Shown piece after piece: positions 11,666 through 24,815 of a stretch of DNA of 64,000 nucleotides (positions are counted from its first letter, which is position 1; the number at the start of each line of letters is the position of its first letter). Position numbers and translations under genes: made by a program. The notes under the pieces were generated by a model. That model searched no databases, was not told where the DNA came from, and saw only the letters and a program-made list of their open reading frames with translations. Source of the stretch: Lama glama (lineage: Eukaryota); the NCBI GenBank assembly GCA_028534125.1, contig CM052832.1:34596001-34660000 (forward strand), in the 5' to 3' direction.

Positions 11666-11925
11666 CGGGCACGGGGCTGCAGGCAGGTCTAAAAGCAGTG
11701 AAGTGCTTAAGTCGTACAGAGGATCAAGTTAGAAGTCAGTAACAGTAAAACAGTTCGAAAAACTGAATGTTTGGAAGTTACGCTGCACACTTCCAGGGAG
11801 CTCATGAGTTGAGGAGGAAGTCACCAGAGAATTTAGAAAACACTTAGGACTGAGCAAAAGATGAGCGACCTAAGAGAAGAGTGAAACGTCACAGCTGAGG
11901 GCGCAGTTCAAGGGGTGCTTAGAGC
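11666..11925 (+). mobile_element. Old L1 ORF2 endonuclease/linker remnant
   Basis: aagttagaagtcagtaacag...tttggaagtta...gaatttagaaaacactt...gtgcttagag follows the L1M ORF2 pattern. Confidence 0.7.
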
Positions 11926-13039
11926 GGGTGGGCGGCTTCAGCTGCCGTGCCGGGCAAGGGAGCCGGTGCAGATCGGTGGCCGGGGCTTCCAGCTCAGACG
12001 CCTGGAGCGGCGCAGGAGAAGCCCCAGGCTGTGGGAGGCGGGGCAGCTCGGGGCGTGCGCTGGGGGGTCCGAGCGGGCTCCTCCACCTGGCACCGGCCGG
12101 CCCGGCTCCGCAGTGGCTGGGAAGCACTTCCCTCCCGGGGGGTCTGCTCACGCCTCTGCACGCGGACTCGCCCTGTGCTGGCTTCCAGTGCCCCGGGGAG
12201 CAGAGCGGTCGGCAGCATGACACACGAGCGAGCGTGTGCGGACGCTGCTCAGGAGACAGGCTGAGTAAACGAAGCCTCCTGGGAGGTGCACTTCTCCTCC
12301 TTGAACCTCCTCGAGCTGGGCCGCGCGCCTGGTCCGCATCCTCCCAGCCCCGGGGGAGCCTCTGGCAGAGACCGTCGGCTGCTCTGCCAGTGACCTCGTC
12401 CACGCGGCCGCTGCAGAGGTGGGAGGGCCAGGCTTGATTTCTGTTTGACTTGCTCCTGAGGAGGCCCTTGGAAAACCACCGTCTTTGTTCTGCAGGTCTG
12501 TTTCTCCTTATGAGCTGTCTGCATTACTTCTAAGATTCAATCAGACCCTTGGGAAAGCCAAATGTTTTCTGCCTCAAAGCAAATTCTGGTAAGACTGCCG
12601 CAAGGAGCATCTCTGATTTGCCCCTTAATTCTCGTGAATTAAAGTCTTTTTTCTTAGCTTCTGGATTCTTGAAATAATGACTTAGAATCTGGTCTTAGTG
12701 ACGAGAAGGCAGCCATCACGGAAGTCTGAGACTTTGACGGCACTGCTCCTTCTGAGCAGGACTGGCAGTCTCAGACCGAGTCTCCAGACCAGCCCCGAGA
12801 GCCTCTCGGCAGCTGTCCCAGCACCCATGAGGGGTCTCTCCTCGCCCGTCGGACCCTGCAGGCTGCCTGGGCTGTCTCCCCGCCTCTGAATTAGGAGGTG
12901 TGGCCAGAAGGACAGGTGTGATGCGCCAGGTGTCTGGAACAAACAGCTCCAGTTGCCGGCAGGCAGCACTGACATAATTTTGGTAAAAATACCAGAGAAG
13001 CGTTGCTCGTGACTCAAGTTTACCCACAAGGAACCGTGG

Positions 13040-13405
13040 AATAAGCACCGTGAGGGGACACTTCACACAGCACCAAGCTGGTGGTCTCCAGGAGTGTCCA
13101 GCCCCTGAGCACAGCCAGGCCACCCAGGCTGGAGACGCAGAAGGCAGCTGTGACGTGTGGTCCCGTGGGGGGCCACCGTGGACGGGAGGTGGCCGTGAAG
13201 AAGGCCTGCAGCCTGCCCGGGAGAAGCCCTGTGGGTGCGACCCTTGCAGTCTCGGCCGCTGTGCAGCAGCCGCCTGAGGTGTTACTACTCGGAGAAGCTG
13301 GGTGAAGGGAAGGCACGTGGGAGTTCTTCATACTGTTTTTGAAACTTTGTGTGAGTTTTGGATAATTTAAAAATGAAAAATTATGTTTTAATTTTTAAAA
13401 AGAAA
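13040..13405 (+). mobile_element. L1MC/L1ME-like 3' end
   Basis: gaagctgggtgaagggg...catactgtttttgaaactttgtgtgag...A-rich tail. Confidence 0.65.
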
Positions 13406-13559
13406 AGATACATAGAATAGAAAACTTTCAAATCACTGTATGTTGGTGAGGAATTAAAAAAGCAATAGAAGTAATTAATCTGGAGGGTCCACAGCACAGT
13501 GAAGGGTAGATAGAAAATGCAAACCAAGAAGGTAAAAATACTTTAAATGAATTAACACA

Positions 13560-14200
13560 ATGTCAGGACTAATGTTTTCAGATAAAATAGAAGCTCAGGT
13601 TGGAACAACAGCAAAAACTCCATCCGCGTGGCATTTCTGGGCCCTGAAAGATAGAGATTCATAGAGATTGAGAGCAAGAGAATGCCAGACCGAAAAAAGA
13701 GGGTGCTGTGGAAGTATCGATGGGGAGAAAGCTCGAAGTGCTAATCTGTTATCAAAGGGGCTTTAAAGCAAGATGCGCTCAGGAAGACGAAACTGGGTCT
13801 AAACTTAGGAGCACTCAGCGCAGCCTCGGAACAGTGTGGGACCTGCTGGAGCCCACAGTCCACACTCCTCTCAGCGTGAGCGGATTAAGCAGGCAAAGTA
13901 ATTGTAAACATTAAAGACGTTTTTTGAAAAGCACAATTGGAGCCCTTAACTTGGCAGAACTATAAGCATCAGTCCGAGGCCTGACCGCAGAGGGATGGCA
14001 GCGAGCCGGCGGCAGGTTCTCTGACCTCAGCAGGACGTGATCAGAAACCAGTCGTAGAAGGTAACTTTTAAAACCCAATACGTGTGTGAAAATTTCAGGA
14101 CAGATTCTGAAGAACGCTTTGATCAAAAAAATAAACCATCACAAAAATTAGAAAAAATCAGGAGCCAAACAATAACGAAAAATTTTGCACCAAAACATGA
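13560..14200 (+). mobile_element. Degraded L1 ORF2 5' remnant
   Basis: A-rich; ttctctgacctcagc...atcagaaaccagt...atcacaaaaattagaaaa resemble L1 ORF2. Confidence 0.5.
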
Positions 14201-17200
14201 GGTGCAGTGGAGAAAAGCTTCAAGGAGAAGAGAGACTGGGCGTGAACTGGTCCAAGGAAAGCAGAGAGGGGAGTAAGAACGCAGAAAGGAAAGGAGAGAC
14301 GCAGTGCAGACAGCCAAACGGACAGGCTGGACGTGGCCCTTGGAGCAGGTGCGAGGGGCGGGCACGGCCCCAGGGGCCGCAAAGGACAGAGGCAAGGTGG
14401 GGACGTCGCGGGCACAGAGCCAGGTGCGGGAAACCTGAGTCAGTTTTTAAAAGCAGGATAATTCTCGGTCACACTGAGGCCCTGGATCTGACAGTCAGCA
14501 GAGAACGGCTGCCATCCGAGCAGGTCCTCGCCGATGGGAGCAGCTCCCCGTCCCGGCCGGGACTCGCACAAGACCTGCACCCTCATCAAGGAGAGTGTTG
14601 TGGGAGGGAAGCAGACGGACGGAGGGGTCCGTGCCTGGCAGCCCTGAGTTGCAGCGTGAAGCACCAGCGTGTAGAAGGTGACATTTCAAATGACAAACGG
14701 GTTTCGAACATGTAGGCCTCATCAGAAGCTTTGAAGAAGGCGGGTGTGATTAAGAAAGAGCAGTGTGTTGCCTCCGCTGGCGTCTCACAGGTAAGGAGGT
14801 GCGTCCCGCACTGTCCCCGTCGCCAGTGCTCCGTCTCCACCTGCCCCTGGGCACAAGCGCTCTGGTTACAGACTCTCCTTGTGAAGGAGCCGTGGCTCCT
14901 GTCTGAAGGCTGGTGTCCTCAGGTCTGCGAGGCCCACTTGGTGACCAGGCACGCTGTTCGAGCACAGACCCCCAGGCCCCGCCCCTCGAGGGCTCAGAGC
15001 ACTTCCTCTGTGGGCCCCGCCCTGCACTCACCTGCACGAGCGCTGTTCTCTCCTCCCCCGACTCCCTGGCATTCCTGGGTTTGGAGGAATTGGATGCACC
15101 ACTCAGGACTCCAAGGCCGTGAGCGAGAAGCCACAGCAGCTGGGAGACGCCAGCAGAGCCGTGGGGAGCGGGGTCCTTCCCCGGGAGAGTACTGGCCCCC
15201 ACACGAGTCCTAGGAGGCAGGCCCCCGGCAAGACCCCCTGCCTGTCACGGGGGCTCTGGGGCAAATGCAGCCAGAAAGATGACACAGGTCACTGTTTAGG
15301 AAATGTGCTCAAACTTAGTATTTAGCTGATCCATGTCCGAGAATCGTTAAGGGCCCTGGCCCAGCCCAGCTGCGCTGTGTCAACGCATGGACGGCCTCGA
15401 GGGGCTCCTGCTCCGCAAGCCAATGTGGGGGCCTCAGTTGTCTCCTCAGGTCCACATCCGTGAAACCGGGCAGCCCCACGTGGCTTCTGGTGCAGAGTTG
15501 CCAGGTTCTGAGCCTCCGCCACCCTGGCCTTGCTTGCTGGGCCCCGGGAAGGCTGGAGGGAATCGGCTGCGAGAGGCCCGAGACAAGCTCGTGCTGGGCA
15601 GGGTGCTGGGCCAGATGCTGGGGGCCCGGGGGCAGAGCGTCCGTGTTGGCAGCTGGGCCCCTCCCACCGCACCCCAGGTCTGACAGAGAGGAGGGGCTCG
15701 GCCAGTGCAAGACCCTGGTTCTCCTCTCCTCGCTTTCAGGCAGGTGGGGGCTGGGCTGGGCAGAGGGCTGACTCCCACCCTGTGTGTGGGGCCGTCTCCA
15801 GTTAAGCCCAAGGCAGGGGTCAGCACCCAGTGGTGCCTGCACAGGGGCCCTCCCTCCCTCCGCTCCCCGCCGACCCCGGGGGCCAGGCCTCGTCCACTTC
15901 ATCCCAGGAAAGCTCAGTGTCGTTTCATCTGTAAGAAAACCCACACACACTTTCATTCACGAAAAGTTTCTTTGTAAAAATAGGCAACACAGTTGCTAAC
16001 TCACCTCGCAAATGAAACTGATGTACTCTGGGATATTTCAGAACACACACATACCGGGTTCGAGAGCACAAGAGGACAGGGGCCCCGCGTCCTTGCGGGA
16101 AAGTGTCCCCAGGGCTCAGGACAGACGCCTCGGAGCCGGGGAGCAGCACCAGCTCCAGCCCCGGGGTCGGGCCAGCTCCTCTTCCCCACGGCCTGGATAG
16201 CTGGTCCCAGTTCGCGGCACAGTCTTCCATCTTGGGGAGAAGACGCTGTGAAGACCAGGTCGCACCATCTGCTCCTTAGATGTGAGTCTTGCCGCCTGAG
16301 TTGGGTTTTCTGGAGGGCAGAGCGAAGCATCAGGTGGATCGGAAGCCCTCCCTGAGCTGGGGACCAGCAGGAGTTCCGGGCAGCCGACGCTCGACCTGAG
16401 GGGTGGCCAGGTCCCTCGCTTGCCTGCGGTTAGACAGGCCAGATACCAGACCCCCATGCCCCGTCGTCGTTTTGTGGAAGTCCGTGAACTACAAGGCGCC
16501 AGGGCCGTTACCGCGGCATCAGGCGGCCGTCCCTTCCCACAACCACCCTCCACGAGCTGGTGCCTTCACCCTCTCGGCCAGGGGAGCTGCAGACCGTCCA
16601 CCCCCCAGCCCCTCCCCTGTGCCCACCGCACCCCACGGGGCTGCACCAGACGTCCCGAGTCGCGCGTGACTTCGCCCGGCCGCCGCAGAGGGCACAGGAG
16701 GCGCCCGTTCTGGCTGAGAGGCCTGTGTCTGCAGGGCTGGTGCCGCCACTCACACAGCTGCGGGGCACCCCTGGGGGTGCAGCTGTCGGGGAGGCCAGCG
16801 CGAGGCGTGCGGGCGCACCTGAGCCCCGGGATATTCCAGAATAAGTCACTGGGGGAGAGTTTGAGGAGCACTTTCTCAACCTGCTGGAAGTTCAAGTGAG
16901 AAGGGCCACCGAGGAGATTCTGGGCAGCTCTGCATCTGGCACAGGCCCTCAGGGCAGAGGAAGTGGTTTGGGAAGGGAGTCAAAACCCGCCGCTGGCTCG
17001 CAGCTTCCAGGCACCCCTCGGCACTTTGCGGCAGGCCAGCCCCTACCCCGCTGCCCCCTCGCCACCAGCTCTGCAGAGCCCAGCCCCGCCCCCGGCTTCT
17101 GGTGGCAGGAGAGGAGGTGAGAGTGGCTGCACCGCCCCCAGGGTGTTTCTGGGAGGCCTTCTCACCTTCCGTGAGGGCCACCCCAGCTCCATGGGCCTTG

Positions 17201-17346
17201 CTGGCGCCTGGCCGGTGCTCAGGCGACCACGAGACCTGTCCACCTGTCACCCTCGCCTCTGCCCTCAGGCCACACGCTCCGCCTCCCTCCTTGTCACACA
17301 ACCTTGCCTTCTCCTTACTGGTCCTTAGGCTCGACGCCTTCAACCT

Positions 17347-17366
17347 CTAACCCTAACCCTAACCCT
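17347..17366 (+). repeat. Short interstitial telomere-like repeat (TAACCC)3
   Basis: ctaaccctaaccctaaccct read directly. Confidence 0.85.
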
Positions 17367-17719
17367 GAAAATGACCTTCGTCCCCCCTCCAGTGGCAGGT
17401 CTACCTCGCAGCCTCTCTTGCTCTGGGGGCTTTAGTCTTTGTCACATGGCCCTTTTCTCTGCGTCCCAGGCCCCAGCCCACCCCGCTAAACGCCACCTCC
17501 ACGGCTGTGATGGCCAAGATGCACCCACCCACTTCCCGGCCCCACAAGTGTTGTCTGGTGAGTGTGTTCACCATGCGGTCCTGCGGGGAAAGCCCTGTTC
17601 AGACACACGTGTAAGACTGTCCCCCTCAGGCGCTCACTGAACATGGAGAGCAGTGTGGTTGGTGGGCATGGTTCCCGCCCCCCCCCACTGGCAGCAGCGG
17701 GGCTCCAGAAACACCTCCA

Positions 17720-18100
17720 CGACGTGGCCTGGTCCCAGGCTCGCGCTCACCACCCTCCTGCACACACGCACTTTCTCACTGCTCCCAGACGTGCCTCCAT
17801 GCCTCGCGTTTACCGCCCAGAGGCCCGCCTCCCCCTGCGTCCCCGACGAGCTCCCACTTCCCCATCTCAGCTCTTCCGGGCATCCCTTCCGAGCACTTTG
17901 TCCCTCCGGCCAGACTCCCTTCCCTGTGTTCCCAGACGCGCTGTGGACGTTTCCATCCCGGCTGCTACCGTCTCGCCCTGGTGTCGCCTTCACTCTAGAC
18001 TCTGAGACCCTGGAGCGCAAGGTTCTATGTTTCCATCTCTGAATGTCTCACAGTGTCTGGCACTTTGGCACGAAGTGTTTTAATTAATATGTGGATGAAT
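17720..18100 (+). mobile_element. L2 3' end remnant
   Basis: ctagactctgagaccctggagcgcaagg...cacagtgtctggcac...aatatgtggatgaat is the typical L2 terminus. Confidence 0.6.
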
Positions 18101-18849
18101 AATATTTGTCTTCAAGTGTTTGAAGAGCTGTCACGTAGAAGATGTATTGAACTTATTTTTAGCCTAAACATGTGGGTTTCATGGGTAGAAATTACAGGCG
18201 GACCAGCCCTCCCGGCACAGAGCTGGGCGGAGGTGGGCCTGTGGCCCAGGGCCGTGTGAACGCGGGGAACGGGCCGGAGGAGCTCTTGGGCCAGGCGGTC
18301 CGTTCAGCTCTCAGGGTCTGTAGGTTTAAGAGGCGACTAGATCTTCAATGAAGGCAGGTGCTGGAATGTTGCTGGAGACCGAGCAGTGAGAGGGAGGGAC
18401 CCCAGGAAGGCCCAGGAGGCGTCAAGGAGCCGCTCTCCCCTCAGGGTGGGTGGAGCAGAAGCCAGACCCCCTGCGGCACGGGCAGGCAGGGACCACTGAA
18501 GACGGGGCTCCCAGCCGGGGGGTCCCACTCAGCGCCAAGTCGCAGGTGCCACCACTCGAGGACTTTGACCCTCACGGGCAGCAAAGGCAAATGCTTGTTT
18601 GGAAGCGGAATGAAACCCAAACGCAGCCCGGCTCCTGGCTGACCCCACGCCCCACGGCAGCGGTGATGGAGGAGGTCAGCCTGCTTCTACACGTGATGTT
18701 GTCCTTCAGCCAGGGTCCGAGACACACACGGGACCTGAGGGGGAACCTTCCTCAGGAAATCAAACGATCAGCAGACCATCCCCAGAGACGCCCCAGGCGG
18801 GGGGAACGCCATGCAGATCACTCGAGAAGCCAGCGGAGGACACGAGCGT

Positions 18850-19640
18850 GGGGTGGAAACAGAGGTCCACGTGCAAACGTTAGAAACGAAGACACAGCAT
18901 CAGGAATGGACGTAACTGAGGGAAAGGTCGGCAGAGATGATCCAAAGAGAAACAAGGCGGTGGGGAAACCTGAACAGGGCGTCCGGAAACTGGGAACAGT
19001 GTCAGGTGGTCTAACGTCCTTTTTTGGAGACAGAATAGGACAGAAATACTGAAGAGATGATACCTGGAACTTTTCCAAAATTAATGAAAACAACAAACCA
19101 CAGATCCAATAAGCTCTGAGAACTCCAAACAGGAAAAATAAGAACGTAATTCACGCGCGCACACCTGTGCACTCAAGCCAGTCCCTTCCAAACACAGGCA
19201 GCCAGAGGGAAAGCAATACTGTGTGCAGAATCGCAGACGGCGTCTCCTCCCAGCTACGCGTGACAAAGACGGGTAACTGTCCTCAGTCCTGAAGGAAGTC
19301 ACCTGTCCAGAATTCTGTGCCAAGTCAAAGGATCTCTCGAAAGCGAGGGTGTCGAGTGCAGATGTTTTCAGATAAACTGAAGCTGAGACCATTAATTTCC
19401 AGCCGAGGCTGAGAGGCCTCACAGCAGACCTGCACTGCAAAAAAAAAGCCGAAGGAAGCTTTTCAATCAAAACATGATACCAGGTGGAAACTGTTACCTG
19501 CACGTGCACAGAGGAGCACTGGGAATTGTAGAAATGGGACTATCGCAGACGTTTTTCTTACTTCTAACTTTTTTGAAAGGCTGTCTGCACCGTTGTTGGG
19601 TTTACAGATGTAGAAGTGAGACTTGTGACAGGAGCCCGAA
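18850..19640 (+). mobile_element. Old L1 ORF1 remnant
   Basis: tgaagagatgatacctggaacttttccaaaattaatgaaa...aaccacagatccaataagctctgagaactccaaacagg...cagcagacctgcactgcaa. Confidence 0.75.
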
Positions 19641-20299
19641 GGAGAGAAGGGAGCCACGTGGCAAGTCCTGGCTCCCGGCGCCTGGGACTGAAGGGGGCAG
19701 GCGCTGCGTCAGAGGCTGCCGCCCCTGGAACTGGCGGGCACCCTGCTGGAATGCGGCTCCGGCCCGGCTCCCCCAGGTCGTCCGCCTTTCTCCCCCGAGC
19801 CCTTGGGGCCACTCTTGGCTGGTCTTTCTCTTGTGCCCACATGCGTTCTACGAGCGGATATTGTTCATGTGCCTTAAAATCAGGTCCAGGATCTGCCCTG
19901 CTGGACCTTGGACTCTGCAGGGGCCTCTTGCCACCCGGCCTTCCCGTGCAGCCCTAGTGACCCCTCTCCAGGGCTGGTGGGCTCAGGGCCGTCCCGGCTC
20001 CCTGCTGCACCTCACGCCTATCACCAGAGCTGCCCCTCTGATGTCACCCCAGCTCGTCCAGTCCCTTCCTCCATCTGGAGCTCTCCTGCGGGGCCGCTCT
20101 CTCCTCCTCCTCCTTCTCCTCCTCTGGGCGCAGGCGCACCTGCCTGGTTCCCCGGGGGGCGGGAGCCCCTTGGTCGCTCGTTGAGCGCTGGTTGGACACA
20201 GTCACTGAGACTTAGGGGCCCAGTTCCCTCACTATAGAGTGAGCTGCTCATCAGCTTCCAGGTTCCTCTTTAAACACGAGTCTCTAGAAACGCGGCATG

Positions 20300-20620
20300 T
20301 TGGTCGGCAAGGGCCGTGGGCACTGAGTCCAGGGGGCGGCTCAGACACAGGAGGTTTAAGGCCACTCAGTCCGGAGGCCAGAATCCAAGACCCGGGTGCG
20401 AGCAGGGCTGCCTCTCCCAAGGCCACCCTCCTGGGCACGCGGCCGCCGTCTCCTCTCCATGGGGACCTTTGTTCGCGTCCCCATGTCATCCTGGATCGGG
20501 GCCCAGCCTGGAGACCCCGTTTTACCTTGATCACCTCTCAAGGCCCGGCTCTAGACACAGCCGCGCTCTGAGGTGCTGGGGTCAAGCTGCAGCGGACACA
20601 TTGGGAGCAGCTCTGCCCAC
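20300..20620 (-). mobile_element. MLT1-like (ERVL-MaLR) solo LTR
   Basis: cagtccggaggccagaatccaagacc...gagcagggctg...ttttaccttgatcacctct...tctgaggtgctgggg. Confidence 0.65.
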
Positions 20621-23600
20621 GACAGAGGTGACCCTGCGGCCCAGGGTGGGCCTGCGAGGCCGCCGGAGGGCACTGGAGCCGGGCCCGCGGGGCAAGGCCT
20701 CAAGGCTGTGGCCCAGGAGAGGCGCGGCTTTGAGAACAACATTGGAATGATGGCAGGCTGTTTCAAGATCGCTGTGCAGCCCTTCCGACTCTGTTTATTA
20801 GAGATTTTCCAGTAAGCCTCCTTGTGAAAACGGGCTTTCTTTTTTGTCCCATCACTTGCTGCCCAATCACAGCCCCCACGGGGAGGGGCCCGGGCTCAGC
20901 CGCAACGCGGGGCCGGCAGGCAGGCCTGCTGTCGTCCGCAGGCTCTTTCCTCTGGTCTGTCTTTCGCTCCGGTTTAGATACAGGTGCGAACTCGGTATGT
21001 GACTTCACAGGCAGCGTGGTCCCCAGGGCTGCCTTCCAGGGAGAGGAGGCCAGCCCCACCCCAGCCGTGGCCCTGGGACCGCGGCCCTGCTCGCCCCGTG
21101 GTGCAGAAACCATCACCCGTCACCAGCACAGTCACCCTTCTCCCTGCAGCCCCTCCCCGCAGAGAAGGAGCTGTCACCTCTGGACCACGGAGCTGGCTTC
21201 CAGCCAAACTGCCGACGTCACTGAGAGTCCGCAGGACAGCAGTGCTCCAGCGATCCCCGCGCCGGCACACCGGCTGTGTGCAGAGCGACCCCGGGCCACG
21301 CTGCCCACCCCGCGGAGGAGACAGGGCCCTGGGTTTCCATCCCTGCAACGGCCCAGAGAGCCGGGCGGTGAGCCCCCCTCCCTGGCGGGCGCCGTGGGTT
21401 TCCCCAGCGCCTCCCGGGGCTGCCACAGCCCCCCGCCTGTGTTCCACTGGGGGCTTCTTGTTTCTTGTAAAAGATGAGGTTAGAGTAACCTCGACGCCCT
21501 ATTCCCTCCTCTCGTAAACACAGCAGGGAAATGCCAGTGACACAGGCCGTCCTGAAACCACTTGTTTTGAGCTGCAGTGGAAACAGCACTTCCTTCCCCT
21601 GAGTCAGGCCGGTGCCGCGCACAGCTGCCTGACGCAGCCAGACACGGCTCCATCACTGTTTCCACTGTAGGGCTCGCGTTCCCGGGAGCCGTCAGCTGTG
21701 GGTGGTCGTGTGTGTGTGTGTCCTGTGCTGTCCCGGAGATCCAGTGGGTCACCGAGCAGGTTGGAGGGGGTGGGAACACATGCCCCAGCTCCACCGCCCA
21801 GGATGTCGGGCGTGATGCCTCGGTCCCCCGGCCCCCGGCCCCGGCCCTCGCCAGCACAGCCGCAGGGCCGGCGTGGGGCAGCAGTGGCATCGGGGCCCCG
21901 AGCCTCCCTGCCGTTGTCACTGGAACTGGCCCACCCTCACGTCCTGCTGTCCAGCTCTCTCCCCCCGGAGCCTTCCAGGTGCTGCAGCCAGAACAGCCCC
22001 TCCCCACCAGCCCCACTCCAGCCCCTCCGCTGCCGAGGACAGAACAGGCTGCCGCCAGGGCTCCCTCCGCTCGTGCCCCCTTCCTGCCCGCAAGGCGCCA
22101 GCTCTCCTTCCTCCCGAATGACATCTGCTCCTGGGGCCAGGGCGGCCAAGGGCTAGGGCAGGCAGGCGGAGGCCCGAGAAGGCCGTGGCTCTGGCCAGGC
22201 GGGCAGCCGGGCCTGGGAATCGGATGGGGAAGGGTTTGGAAGCCCAGGCCCAGAGCCTGAGTGTGCAGGTCCGGGAGTCAGGGAAGCGAGAATCACCATC
22301 TGGGGCAGGAGTTAAGGGATGAATTCCAGATATTTCCATGAAAGCTGTGACTCGGCTCCAAGCCCACAGAGACCCTCCAGAGGCCCCGGGGACCCCGGTG
22401 TCCTCACGCCCCCGGCACCTGGGTCCCGCCTTGAGGGGTAGCCTTGCTGAGGACCACGGCCCAGGCCCCCGGGTCCCTGGACCCACATCGGGGCCTGTCC
22501 GCCCCTGTGAGTCCCGCCCGAGTCTCCGGCCCCGCTGCCGGCCGGACCTCGTCAGGGGCGAGATGTGTCCGGCGCACTGTGGCCGTCTTCCCTCCGGTCC
22601 CTCCCATGGGTTCCCGTGACGGCTTCTGGAAAGGCCCAGCCCGGGCTCCTGGGTGAGGCCGTCTGCGCCTCACGCCGTGTGTCCCCGCAGCGCCGGCCTT
22701 GAAACCACGGAAACCAGGGACCTGGCTGTTTGTTCACAGTGATTCGTATGAAACCCTCACGTACCATCCAAACTCTGAAAAATCAGAAAGAGAACAAAAC
22801 AATCACCGCTGCCACCTGAAGAGGAAAAACCAGGGCCTCGCACAGCCTCCTGCAGGCCCGGCTTTTCCATCTCTCTGGGCGACGCAGCCCCACTCTCTCT
22901 GGAGCCGCCCCTCGTTTCCTCTCACGGGCGTTGTGGTTTCGTCTTTGATTTCAGGTTCATTCACGTTCATTCAGCGCAGCGCTGTCACGCGGATTCCCAC
23001 GTGCCCACCTCTGGGCCTCAGCGCGGCCCCCGGGCTGCCTGCCCCGGGCTGGGCCGAGTGGCAGGAGGCCGGGGAGCCACGGTCCAAAGCAAGCGCCCTT
23101 GGGTGGCCGGCGAATGGATGGAGCCAGAGGAGGCCCAGCGGGTAGGCCCAGTGGTGGGGGGCAGAGCTCAGGCCCCCAGGGACACACGCGCCTTAGCAGG
23201 AGGCGAGGGCCAGGCCTTCCAGGAAAAGGCAGAGAAGGCAGAGGTGAACGGAGGGAGGAGCCCGGGCAGGAGCAGACCCGCCCTGGTCGCGAAGGCAGCA
23301 GTGCAGCTGGGTAGCTGGGGGCCATGTCCCAGCCGAGGGGTCAACTGAGTCCCGGGGATTGAAGTGTAGGATAAAAGAGCTTTGGTGGCAGAATGGGAAG
23401 CCCTCCCTGACGATCAGAACCGTGAGAGGAGGGGGGTCCTGGGTGAGCAAGACAGTGGGGCTCGGGTGAGGGCCAGCCCCCCTGCCGCTGCCTGTGGCCC
23501 CACTGCCGTGGCCCCTCCCCCACCAGCAGCCGAGCGTGTCTCCCCCAGCCCCTCGTAAACGTCCTTTTACTCACACTGATTTGTAAAATGCAAGACAGGT

Positions 23601-24496
23601 GCTAAAAATGAAGTTAGCAGCACTTACGGGTGAGTTTGTACCTGCTTCATCCCAACAGCGGCGCGCTGCCCGGCCAGCTTCGCCCGACACTGCGAGTCCG
23701 CTGCTCACAGACTCACTGGCCTCTTGATAGCAGGCGGCCCCGCCACCAATTCCTTTTGTGTTGTTCTTCAATATTTAAGTCTGAAAGGTTATAGACTTGA
23801 AAAGCAGTTGCTTACGTAGAAGAACAAAGAATTCCCACGTTTCCGCCACTTGGCTTCCCGAGTGGAGGCTACACGTGCCTGCTTCTCTGCCCTGCCCCCG
23901 TCTGCCTGCCGGTCCCTCTCTCTGTTTCTCGCTCTCTCTGCACAGTGTTTCCCTGAGCTGTTTCAGATGTGGTACCCCTTCCCCACAAGCTCTCGCGTGT
24001 CCCCTGCGGTCACAGACCCAGGCACCCTCTGCGGGGCCAGGCACAGTTGTCCGCCCAGAGAGTCAACGGCACGCCCTCCAGTCGGCTCTCCAGACGACAG
24101 TCCAACGTCACCAGTCACAGCGTCCTTGATAGACGTTCAAGGACACCTGGCGTGTTGTCTCTGGCACAGGGTGGGGTGGGGGCCCCGCTGGATGTTGGGT
24201 GGGGTCCCCTCTGCTCCAAGAAGCCCCGACACCTCACCTGCAGGTCGTTTCTCTAGTGAAGTGTCCTTACCCCCGTGACACCATCTGTGTCTTGTCCTGT
24301 ATGCAGACATGTTCTCTGGTGCAGGCATTCAGCCCAGACAGACCACCCCACCTCCCAGGAGGCCACTACCGGTCTTTGCTGACGTGAGGCATAGAGCCGG
24401 CCTGCCCTCCGCGTCTGGTCACGGCTGCTGGGAGGCGTCCGTGCAGACAGGGCTGCAGGAGAAAGGGTGGGGCAATCGGGCACCATCTTCACGGCC

Positions 24497-24815
24497 TCTG
24501 CTGGGGAGGGAGCATGTCCCCCGAGTTCATGTGCTGGGTGGTGTGGTGTCAGGAGGGGCCCTGGGAGTGATGAGGTCGGGGTGGGGCCCCTGCGACGGGA
24601 CGAGCGTCCTCAGGAGAAGCTCTTTGGAGGGGACGTGTGAGGGCACAGTGAGAGGACAGCATCTCCAGACCAGGATGAGAGACCGGACACCAGCCTGGCC
24701 GGAACCCTGACCGGCACCCTGACCTTGGCCTGGCCTTCAGAAATGTGGGGACAAACGTCAGTGTCTAAGCCGGCCGGTCTGCGGTGTTTGTTACGGTGGC
24801 CGGGATGGACCGAGG
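24497..24815 (+). mobile_element. MLT1A/B-like solo LTR
   Basis: tgtccccgagttcatgtgctg...tgtgagggcacagtgagagg...gccttcagaaatgtggggacaaac...taagccggccggtctgcggtgtttgttacgg. Confidence 0.7.

Noticed and set aside
20228-20243. CTCACTATAG resembling the T7 promoter core, within a small hairpin CTCACT-ATAG-AGTGAG
   Set aside because: Only 10 nt match; TAATACGA is absent and the flanks are genomic, so it is not vector contamination.
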